Below, one piece after another: positions 1 to 12,000 of a stretch of DNA of 64,000 bases. The position numbers and the translations under genes were made by a program. The number at the start of each line of letters is the position of its first letter. The stretch's first letter is position 1. Source of the stretch: Candidatus Omnitrophota bacterium (GTDB lineage Bacteria; Omnitrophota; Gorgyraeia; Zapsychrales; JANLHA01). The notes under the pieces were generated by a model that was not told the origin of the DNA, did no database searches, and saw nothing but the letters and a program-made list of their open reading frames with translations. The stretch covers positions 1,178,662 to 1,242,661 of the forward strand of contig OY759724.1 in the NCBI GenBank assembly GCA_963662715.1, read 5' to 3'.

Positions 1-3000
1 TATTCTCCCTTAAGGATTCGAACAACCTCATATTAATTTCCCGGTCTTCGAAGAATTTAAAACTGTGCAGCATATAAATGATGTAGATATCCGGGACCAT
101 GGCGGCGGCAAATTCTCTCTTTTCGATAAATTGTGTGTCCCTGGAGCTTATTAATAACGCCCCCAGCCCAGCGGAGAATCCGAACCTGAAGAAATAACGT
201 CTGGACATCTCTGCCTTCCGCGGCATATCGAGAATGGCAGAGAAGGCGCTTCTCTGCTCCGTTGTTCGAGTTTCTTTCTCTTCTTTCACCGGACTGGATG
301 AAGATGACGGACGGGCCTGTTCCGGCCAGATCGGCTGGTCGTTATAATCCCGCACCAACCGGATCGTTGACTGCGCCAGCCGGTAATAAATAGAGTCCGC
401 GGCAAAGACACTGCCCAGTTTAGGCATTTCGGACCCGGTGTAGGCAGAATATTTTTTATTCATCGGCTTAAGCTTTGTCTTCACCGCAGCCTGATAAAGC
501 CGGCTGTCTGCCGACGATCCCTGTAAAATGCTTTCCACATCAATCAGAATCACGACAGCGTTTATAAGATTATGGATATTCTGCATAGCCGCATCGCGGG
601 CCGGATTAACGATATACCAAATATGCAGCAGGAGGCCGATGGCGCCATCCCTGATTTCTCCCTCTCCCCGGCCTAAGATGACGCGCAACAAGAACGGTAA
701 AGCAGCGAACAGATTCTTTCTCAATTCTTCAGAATGCCGAATGTTCTCGATTCTTCTGCCTTGCTGCCAATCTGACAAGCCGGCAAGGTCGGCGAAGTAT
801 TGGCGCATGGTCCCGACTTTTTCTTGCCAGGCAGCGCCTTCTATCTGTTCCAGGCGGTCGGCTACACCCAGTAATTCTGCGCGGGCAGCCTCTGATTGCT
901 TTTCGACTTGATCCTTCAATGCCCGAGCCGCAATAAGTTCGGAAGAGTCCTCCGGCTGACCTTCCCGATCTTGCTCCGGCATTTGAGCCGGCTCAACTGT
1001 CGGAACAACCTCTGTTGTTTCAGGAGAAAGGGCCTGTTCACTCACAAACAATTCTGGAATCTTTAAGGCCACCGTATGATATACGGCTTTGACATTGTTT
1101 TCTGTGCGGTGTTGCATTTGCAGGTGTTCGGCCGGATAGCCGGCGGCATTCAACCCGATCATCATCAACTCGGCTGTCATATCATCTGAATTAAAGTAAA
1201 AAGCTTCTTTTAAAGCCGCGCGGGCTTCTTTACGCAGCCGGGAAATTGTTTCTTTAACTTTCGGTACGGCTCTCTTGCTTTCGTGGTAACGCGCTAAAGT
1301 TCGCTTTTCTTCTGCTTCAATCAGCTCTAATGCTTGAATAACCGAATCAAAACTCTCGTTAAACGCACGATCCAAAGCATCGAGCCATTCCACAAGGACT
1401 TTTAGCGTCCGGCTGCGAACGAATAATTTTCTGAGCAATGCTGTGTTCGCAAATACTTTAATCTTTCTGTAAGTCTTTAAGGTCTTCACACAATGTTTGT
1501 GAATAGAAAACATCGGTTTCTGAACAGTCCGGTTACCAGACCGGTAACGTTCGATTTCAACGTTCATCATCAAGGATTCGGTGGAAATTCGATCTCCGCG
1601 GAGCCTGGCCTGCAGAATAACGGAATGACTGAGAATCAGAATGGAGTCCTCTTCCGCTAATCTATCTCTCAATAAGGCCGCGAAAGACTCCGGAGACCAG
1701 GTTTCGAAGGTATGAACATGTACGATAACACAATCAACATGACCGGCCGTATCGTCTGCGGTGAATTCATCTGCCTGATCATAGGATATGACTTCTGCTT
1801 GTCCCCACAGCATTTTCTGTAGCTGCCAAACCGCTGCCCGGGAATATCCGATCGTTGCGATAACAGGTTTCCCGGCCGTCTCTTTATCAAGCAGATGCCG
1901 CATATAAACATTAGCAAATTCTTCGGTAAAATCTGGCCCGCTGAAGTACCGGTAGCCGGCTGCGGCCGACCGCTTCGCCGTCACGTCTCCAACAGCGAAT
2001 TCCCGGACAATGATGCCGGTCAAATTAACGGCAGGGTTATGAAGAACGGCTTTTTCGATATAAAGGGCATATTCTTCCCGGGCATAATATGCGCCAAAGG
2101 TTGCTTCCGGAGACTCTATGAATATAACCTGCGGCGGGCCGCGGATGACGCTTTCATGTTTAGCCCCGGCTAAGAAATCCAGCGCTTCCGCCATATGCCA
2201 CCTGGCAAATTTCAAATCATCGCCTTCAGCGGAGCGGGTCAGGAGCGCCACCTTGTATTGACGGACCATTTCTTCTTTTTGCTCCGCGGTGTAATCATCG
2301 CTCTTTCGCACAGGGGAGGAAGTCATTTCTACAAACATCCCGTCCTGAACTTTGTAAAGAATTCTCTGCTTCTGCGGCAGGGACGTCCACAGGCGGCCAA
2401 GCATTGTGAGCTCTTGACGCCCATAGGCCAAAACAAATCCTTGCTCCGTCATCATCATGGCCCGTAACCCGGCCCCCTGCACCAAAATAATCTGCGTGGG
2501 GAATCCTCGTCTTCGGCTGAAATGGACAAGGATGTTTTCAATCTCTTCAACCTGTTCCCGCATGCCTTGTTCGTATCCAATGATCAGAACAGGCTTGGCG
2601 TCACCCGCCTGCGTCAACATCTGCATGATGTCTGTAAGACGCTTTCTTTGAACATCATAATAATTGTACGGCCTTCTTCCGGCCCAGTTCTTCCGGTCAG
2701 AGTCCGCATCTTCCGAAGGAATGACCTCTTCCTGAATGATAAACACCCAGGGATTCTGCTGCCCGTCTCCGCGCACAGCATTGTAATCAACACCGTTGAT
2801 CGTAAACGATCCCGTTGACACCGGCCGGCCCAGATTAACGGCCCCGATTCCAATCTGACGGTCTCTGAGCCATGTCCCGTGGATAATATCTTTTCTGGTC
2901 GGGAATATGATCATATCAGCCCCGGCTTTGATAACACGCAGATATTTACCCTCAACCTGCTCGATCGTGCCGGGCACAGCCGCGCGCACAAACAGTTCAG

Positions 3001-3040
3001 CGTCGGAAATCAGCCCCCGAACGTTATCTTCCTCGCTGAC
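1..3040 (-). other. Further SSP-delimited modules of unknown function; the giant ORF runs on past coordinate 1
   Basis: Stop-free translation, codon-checked at 1076 to 1141 and continuing to position 1. Junction motifs at about 2310 (MTSSPV) and about 289 (SSSSSPV). Confidence 0.5.
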
Positions 3041-6000
3041 CGGAGAAGAGCTGCCGCCGTTTCCTTCCGTTTCCTTTTTGACGATATGCTGATTCACAAA
3101 TTCGGCAAACTTCAAGGACGGCCCGACCATTAACAAGTCGCCGGCCAAATCGATATCGCTTTCCGATAAAGCAATCGCAAACCGTTTCGCCCAGATATCT
3201 TCCCCGGTATCAAGTTCATGGAACGCTATCCGGGCGAATTCAGGCCGCAAGAATTCCTTTAAGTCTTCAAGCTCGGACAACAATTCCCAGCCTTCTTTGA
3301 CGGATTTTCTGTTTAACCTTGGCAAATGACGTTTTTCTAATATTTTCCGCCTGATGTGGACAATGTTCTTGACGGACCGGACACCCCTGCCGGCTTTTGT
3401 CGTCACAAAGATATCCTTGGGCGTCAACGTCTCCGGCGGAATTTCCTGAGGAGCGACTTTTCTTCTCTTTTTGGTCTTCTTAACCGGGAGGTCTAATCCC
3501 TTATCTTTCAGGGCCGTCCTGACAGCAAACTCAATGGCGAATTTCAAGACCTGATACGGCATGGTCGGGCGGTTTCCGTGACGGACGTTCGTGTATTTGC
3601 TCATAACAGGCAGGTATTCATTTGTGACAGGAGCCCATCTCAAGAACCGGTCAATAGCGTATCCCCATGGCGTAACAACGATCTTGCCCATGGCTGTGGC
3701 GGCATGCATCGTATAGGTGTCCGGCGTCACGACGACATCGGCAGAATTGATAAGCTTGTTCAACCCTTCCAGATCATGCTGATATGTTTCCATGATCACA
3801 AGCCGGCTATCCGGGCCCTGCACTCTTCTGTAGGATCCGATCTTTCTGTTTATCTCTGACCAGGCCTCTCCGGCGATGTCATGTTTTCGGGCTGTTTCAC
3901 CGCTGTCAACAAGCACGGCCAACCGTCCCCCGTAACCGAGGATAATTTCCGAAACGATCTTGTTCATCAACCCGTAATGGTAGTCTTTTCGTTCAGTAGA
4001 GCTGAAATAATTAAATAAGACAACCACCCGTTCCGGGTAACTCAGCTTCAGGCCGGAAGTCATTGTGTAACGCACGGGCTGATCCTGTCCGACCAAACCT
4101 GCAACTTCGGCATAATGCCTTTCCTGGGAATACACGTTAAGGATATGCGCATGTTCGTCCTTAACCTTGAACAGTTGCGTCCCGTCAAAGTAAATGATAT
4201 GTTTTCCTAAAAGAAGGCTTTCCGCATTCTCCACGACTTCCACGTCCCGGCGAAGGGTGTACATGACAGACCGCTGTTGACTTCTCTGTATAGCCCGGAG
4301 GACTTCGTGGCTGGATCTTTTGTCAATGAGGAATTGGGCTAAAACCAGATCATACTGCTGCTCTTTGAGATACTTTGTCAACTTGCGGTGATGATAGGAA
4401 TAAACAACTTTTTCCTGATCCGTGATATCAAAAGTGAAAAGATCGATCTCGTCAAAACCAAACACACGGCCGGCCCATTTCGTTTCCCGGCCTTTCCAGA
4501 TGGTCTTCTTGTTCGGGTGAGTCACCACCGTTACTTCTTCAATGTTCGGATGAACCGCCAGGATGTTCATAACGCCGCTTTCAATAAGCTCAACACCATA
4601 ATCCCGTTTGGTCGGGCTTAAAATAAGCACGCGTTTTACGGACGGCATAATATCTTTCAGCGGCTGTTCAATCAGCGGCAGCTGTGACAGCTCCACAGGC
4701 GAAGACGCAGAGAAACTCCGTGCTTCTTCCGTTCCCCGGCCATTTTGTGCCGGGCTGAAAACCGATATTGGGCGATATATTACTTCCTGCTGAGAAGGCT
4801 TGTTGAGGCTGCCGGTAGGCGGGCCGCGGTTGATCACAGAGTATTTTAAGGATTCCTGAACATATTGATGCTCATGCCCTGCGCTAAACATCACGTACAG
4901 ATGTTTGATCAAAGCCCATGCTTGGACGGCTGTATAAGCTACGGCCTTTCCGGCTTTCATAAATGAAAGCCCTGTTTGCAGTGTTACGGCCAAGCCGGAA
5001 GCTCCGCCCTGCGGCAATCCCGAATCCGGTTGTTCCTGACCTTTTCTCAACGGCCAGCTTTGGGTCTTCCCGGCAGCTCCCAACCACAGGCCCGGCATGA
5101 ATACCGGAGCATACGGACCGATACCGACCGGGGAACTGACAGGTTTTTGTAGGGCCGGAGCAGCCTCGACCGGGATGTTCACCGCTTCATGACGAATATC
5201 TTTTGCGCTATCCGTCTTATCCGTCTCCTGCCGTAACACCGGCGAAGATCCGTTATTCGAAGAACCATTTTCAGCAGAACTATTAAAGGTCTCATCCTGC
5301 GCCAAACGAGCGGCGGCCTGCCATTCGGCGTCCATCCAAAAATATTGCGCTTGACGGATATCTATCCCGAAACGGCGGATGAGTTCCGCCTTTGATGCCA
5401 ATGTCAACCAATTAAGATTTAACGGCCCGCCAATTTCTTTCTTAACCAATGACTCCAAGACCAAGGTATAAACATCTTCAGCTTTCATGGGATAGCGGTT
5501 CTCTGTCAGCAGATCCCGGGCCTTGAACTCCAGGATAACAGGGGCAAATTTCTCTTCATCCGGTCTGGCTTGCTCCTCGGTAGACATGAAGGAGTTCATC
5601 TCTTTCAAAGAAAGCGTCGGGCGATAGTCATCATCCGAAACAAATTGTCCGGGAACACGGTTCTGCTGCATAGCCCAGAATTCTGCCGTCCTGCGCTGTC
5701 CGGTGACTGAGTTCTCCCATGGATGGCCGGCCTTGGTTCCGTCACCAGCCAACCACGTGCGGACCAGTCCGGCAAGGGTGCCGTGATAAAGGACCAAATC
5801 TTTTTCCTCACTCACAATGGGGGAAGAACTGCTTTGGGCCGAATTAGCAAGGGTCAACTCAACACCTTCAGCGTTATCTTCTATAGTTTTAGCGGATTCA
5901 AGCGGGCTGGAAGACATAAAATGTTTATTATTCAAGAATGCGCGGATTCCATTCACCTGTTTCTTCTGACCTTCATAGAAGAGGATCAGATCCCTTAAAT

Positions 6001-9000
6001 GATCTTTACGTTTAAAGAAATCAATAGCCTGTCTGCTGTAGAACGCCTCGGCTTCGTCATCGTTCATGGATTCAACTGTCCTGTGCGAGCTTGCCACCCA
6101 TCCCTGATACACCTGAATCATCGACTGCAGCAGGGTTGCTCGCAGGTACTGCTGGTTAAATTTCATGGCAGCGGCATACTTGAACACAAATTGTGTCCAC
6201 AATTCCTGCGGCATCTTGAACCCTTCGAAATGATGTTTGGCCAAAGCCTTCAGTTCGGCAAAAATATCCAGCTCCCCGGGCAGGACTGGCTTCAGAACAT
6301 CCTGGTAAATCTCCCAGTATTCTATATATCGGCCTAACTCCTCAATACCGGCAACATCGCTGACATGAAATTCATTCAGCACGACATTCCGGCGGCTGAG
6401 CTCATCCTGCAACCGACTCATCGCCGTCCTGATTCCCTGTTCGATATCTTCTCTTGCCCCGGAATCTTCTCCCTTTAACGCCTTCATCCTGCCCGCCGCT
6501 TCCTTCACTTCAACAACAAGCTGCTTCACCTTGCCGATATCCTGCGCCTTAGCGGCCACTTCCTCTTCGACCTCCATGACCTTCCGGAAATGCTTCACGT
6601 AAGCCTCGTACTTCGCCAGGGCATTATGCCCTAACACATCGGCTTTCATCTCTTTAACCGCAGGATCATTCAGGGTCAATATCTGCTTAATGGTCTTCAC
6701 CCGCCGCCATTTCTTTCCGTTCTCACTCGCCGTCAAGATCGCAGGTTCGGCCACTTCCTGGAACATCAGCTCCAGGGCGCTTAAAATCTGATCACCCAAC
6801 TGATACACTTTGTCGCTGTCGTTATGCCACTTCGCCCAGAAGTTCGCCTGTAAAATCTTCATCGGCCGGGAAATGCCCAGCGGTCTGAACAGATATCTGT
6901 CAAGTCTCGTATCGCTTCCGGTAGATAACGCAGTCAATGTCCATAAAATGTCTATCTGCCACGCTCCGTTAGTGTATATGCCGATCGGGTCGTACAGGAA
7001 GATACGTCTCATCTCCGGCCCGACCCCGAATTCGCCTCCGATCGGCTGCCCGATATCCACGCCAAACATCTGACTAAACGGCCGGGCGATACTGTGGGTG
7101 ATCGTCGCGTCATATTTGCTCCTTGTATAATACGGGGCAACGAAACTCCGCGGACTCAACACCCAGTCCAGCCACACGAGCGCCCTTAACGGATAAATTT
7201 CTTTTCTGGCCGTCCGGATATATTTCCATAATCCCATACGTTTTCTTACGCCTTTCCAGCCCGTCATTAACGGCCATAGATGATCCCGCACCCAGCCCGG
7301 CTGGATACTGCGCAAATCAGCATCATATGTCGCAAACAAACCGTTCTTTCTGCCTAAGTCCTCCATAACGCCCAGACCCAAATGCAGGCTGAAGCCCTTT
7401 CCTCTGACAACTTCCGGTTTCAGCATCACAAGCACCTTCAAATCTTCCGAAAGCTTGCTTAAGCGTTCTTCATATGTCCTCTCGGCCACTCTCGCCGGAT
7501 GTCCTTCCTGCCAGATAATAGCTTTCAGCACATCCTCCAGCCCGGCACCATCCCTTTCCGCCAGCTCTGCCTCGGCTCTCTGCACAAAATCATCCCAGGC
7601 CGCCAGTGTTTTCACGGAGTAGGCCAGCCCTTCCGGATATCCTCGTCCGGCCACGAGGGATTCCTCCAGAGCCTGCAGTGTCGTCTGCCGGTTTCTTTCC
7701 GTCAATATCGCCCCGCGAGCCTCGGCCACCAGCTGTTTATAAAGCTTCATATAATCCTGCAGGAATTTATATCCAAAACTTCTGGCTACCTGGATTCTGG
7801 CTTCCTTGACGAATTGTTTTCGTTTGGCCTTTTGATCGCTCTCCGAGAGTCCGGTCAGCAGGTGTTCCTGCCCCTGAACGATGTCCTGCACAGCTTCTTC
7901 AAACCTCATTCTTTCTTCAACGACCTTCTTCTTATCCCCTTCACGCGTCACCTCCGGCCAATCGCTCATTAACTTGTCGGTGATGGCAACATATGCTTCT
8001 ACCCCTTTCTTCTCCCAATACTCAAACAGCGTGCCCTCATTCATGTTGCTTTCATGTTCCCCGACAGCCATGACAACCGTTCTTTCCCCTCTTAAATACC
8101 GGTCATGCCCCAGGACAATGGCCTCCAAGACATTATCAATGGTATCCCCTTCACTATAGAACGGAACTGTCACAACAACATCCAGGTCTCCCTCCCACGG
8201 CTGCAGCGCTTCCGGAATTTCTTTATCTATCTTCTTTCTCGCCCAGATTCGATATCCGATAATATCCTGCTCCCGGCTGCCGTTGCCGATGATCCGCAAG
8301 AATTGCGCTTCCAGCACCTCTATTAATTCCTTATACCCGGTTCTTTCGCGTTTTATCTTCTCTGTTTGAATGCCGTTGGCTTTCACCTCAACCTGATAAA
8401 TCTCTGCCAAGGCTTTCAGCTCGGCCACGATCTGCCTTAAAACTCCTGGATATTGAAGTCCGATCTCTCCCGCACCGCTCATCATCAGTTCTTCCGTAAT
8501 AGCCCTGACCCTCTCCCGGTTCGACCTCGTGAACGCCTCCCAGGAATCCCTCTGTTTTGTCAGGTCATAAATGGCTTTCAGATCCCCATATCTCCCGATA
8601 ATCGTTTTATCTTTCTCTGTTGATTGATACCGCCCGAAGAAATCATGCGATAAAGAAGAATCCGTTATCGGGCTGGAAACGTATTGTTTTTTCGCTTCTT
8701 GGAACACGGACAGGACTGCCGGTTCACGGCCCCACGTCTCTTCCACCAAAACATCAACCTGCTTACGGACATTTTCACTGATGCGGAAATAATTATGCGC
8801 GACTCTTTGGTAAAGGGCTTTTCTGCTCTGGCCTTTCTTTTGATTTCTTTCAATGAAAGGTTTAATGGTCGTCCCGAAGAATGCGGCCGAATCGGCGTCC
8901 GAGAGAACTCTCAGATCTTCATAATAAGGCTCTTCTGCGGAAACAGCGCCCAGGATAATCTGTCCTTTGAATAGAACGGCATGAACCCCGGCGTCATGAT

Positions 9001-12000
9001 GTCTGATCAGAAACGCCACCTTGGCTCTCTCCTGTTCCGTGAAGATGCCTAACTGCTCGAGAAGTTTATCAACAATGCGGGCGCTGTTAAGCGGATGTGA
9101 CACTTTCTTTCTGATATTTTCATCAAAAGGCGCTTTAAGTTTTTGGACTTTCAATCCCGGCAGATAACGTTCAATGTCATGCCCCATAGCTGCTATCTGC
9201 AAACTGAGATCAGCTTGCGGCTTGATTTTCCTCGCCCATTCTAAGACTTCATCGAAATGACGGAAATCGGTCTGCGCTGTATACTCGTCTTCCGGATCGA
9301 TTTCCCGGTATATCCGCAGGATGAGTTCGCGGATATAACCAAACCGTTTTTCAGATTCAGAAGCGCTTGAGATCCGGTCCCGCTTTATCGCCTTTTGGAT
9401 TTCTGTTACGATCCCGCGGACTTTTTCCGGCAAGAGAACCGGTCTCGTGCTGACGAGTTGTATTTGCCGCTCAGCCTCAAGCATAGCATCCCGGTCTTCC
9501 GTTTCTTTTTCCTGCACCGGCGATGATGAATCTCGTTCCGTGGCATCTAAGATAACCTGCGCTACTGAAAGCAGGTTGGATTGTGCCGTTTTATCTTCTA
9601 TCGCGTTTTCCTTGAAGAACTGAACAACGTGCGGACTGGTGAGTTTGACCTTTTCCGTTAAATGATAACTTCGGAACGAATAGTAAGTAAGATAATCTTG
9701 GATTTCCTGACGGATATCATCATCACTGGCTGTCTGCTGGCGTATCTGGGCAACCATGTTCCGGGCTAATTGTATTTCGTCCTGAATCGGGGAAGAAGGA
9801 TCACGTGGGCTTTGCTTCCTGTCCCTTTCCTGCCATTCATAGAAGGTAACATGATTGATGCCCCAGTTGTTCAGGTAGCGCAACACACGCTGCCGCGGGG
9901 CATGCGTCCGGACCTGCAGGAGGTCTATCACTTCTTCATACAGTTTCACGTCTCCGCCCTTCACCGCCTCTACCACCAAGTCCCGGTTCTCTTCAAATAT
10001 CTTCCGCTCCTGCTCATTCACGATAACGCTGTCCCTCGCCGGCATCAGTTCTTCCGTCGGCTTCAGATGCCGTTCCACAGCGTTGATCACAGGCTTAAGC
10101 TCCCCTTCCGACACCTCGCTCACTTCCGCCACCGTCAGGGCTGACAGCTGCGCCAATCGCGGAACCGTCACGTTAATCCCTTCCTTCTTCAGCCGGATAT
10201 ACGCCGCTATGATACTCTGGGCTTTCGCCGACAATCCTATCGCGTCCCCGTAATACGCCAGGTCCTTCGCCGTCCTGATCGCCTTCTCTGCCACCAGCTC
10301 CTGCAGCACGTCCGCCTTCCTGATCCTTCTTTCCACCGGGCTCGAGCTCAGGTCCATCCGGGAAACCGGAAGTTCTTCACTCGAGAGTTCGACCATCAGG
10401 TCCCAGAAGTCCGGCATGATCCCTTCATAATCCGGATGGTCTGTCTGCAGCGTCTCATACGCCTCTTCCCCGATCTCCCGGAAATCCTTCATATCCTCCG
10501 CATCCAAACGGTTCACGTCAAACCATCTCTGACCTATGTACCCCCGGCTCTTCACGTCATAGCCCAGGATCCCCGCCAAGGTAATCTTCGCCTCTCGCGC
10601 CTTCTTCTCCCCGCGCGGGTCCGCGTTCCACATCCGGCTCAATAACTCTCCGCTCTCCAGCACGCTCTTCGCGTCCTTCGGCGTCAACAATGTCAGATAC
10701 AACCCTTCATTCCCTTCAAAATATTCATGCAGTTTCCTCGCATACTCCCCTTCCTTCGTCTGCGCCTTCCTCTCCGCTTCCGTGTACGAATAGTGCAGGT
10801 GCACATACCCCAGCTCCTGATTCGCCTGCTGGTTCGCAAACATCTGGTTCGCCACATACAGCGGCGACGGATACGCATGCCGCGGCGTCCCAAACAGCTC
10901 GATGTTGATCGGCGCCCGCAGATACTTCACATCCGCCAGCTTCGGCTCCGGCTTGTAATACACGCTTCGTCTGAACATCGTCTCGATCGGCGTTGTCCGC
11001 ACCTTATCCCACAGCTCCTCATCCGTGATCCCGCCCTCCGGTACATTCAACGCCTTGCGCCAGTACAACGCATTTGTTGGCTCATCATACAGGTAATCCA
11101 CAACACTCCGACCTTCCGGCAGCACCAGCTGATGCGTCGGAATCCAGATATACCGACTCGCACTGCTCCGCTCATCAAACGTGAACCGCACCGATGACTG
11201 CAGCTGCAGCCCCAGCTCTTCCCTGCGCTCTTCTCCGAAACCTCTTTCTTTCAACCCGGCATCCGTATAGGTCTTCAGGCCCGGGAACGCGAACGTCCAG
11301 CCCTTGTACCACCAATCCAGCGGCTTGACATCCATCCCCAGGATATGCGGCATGATAAAATGCGTGAACTGGTCACCCTTCTTTTTGGCGATGATATACG
11401 CCCCGAACTGGATCGATTTGGCAAATCCTTTCACCTTGCGGCTGAACACTTCTTCGATCTCATTGAGCCGGTGCGGCCCGTTCCACGGCCGCGGACTAGT
11501 CTCCCTCTCTTCAAGCGGCGAAGAGCCCGATTCTTCACTGCCTCTTTCGATCTGGCCCTGGCTCTCTGCGGACGTCTGACCTTCTTCTTTCTCTAACAGC
11601 CGCCGTGCTTCTTCACTAATCGTAACGGTATCCGTTAATTTTTCTTCCGAACCGGCCTTGGTTTTCTTCCTGGACGATTTCTGATCCTGCTGCGGCCGGC
11701 GGTTATTCTCAGACTTCACAATTGGATGTATCGGCTCAACTTTACGCTCGACCTTTTTCACCGGGCTGGATGTCGCTGAATAATCCTTGATTTGTTCACT
11801 TCCGTAAGATTGATACTCTTCAAAACTAAGCGGTGAAGAGGACATCACTGTCACAGCCCCAACGTTTGATGAAATCTCTGCTGTCCGGCTTTGTGTTTGC
11901 TTCCAGGCCAAATATTCTTCCGGTGTCAGAGGTGAAGATGAGACCATCGTCACCGCGCCCACCGGAGAAGAGACCTTTTCGGCAGCCTGGGCCTGTTTCC

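Noticed and set aside
9854-11525. The 1.67 kb duplicated block as an insertion sequence or mobile element
   Set aside because: Both copies are in frame within the host ORF and encode non-transposase protein modules. There are no terminal inverted repeats or target-site duplications. The boundaries coincide with the protein junction motif, so this is an intragenic module duplication.
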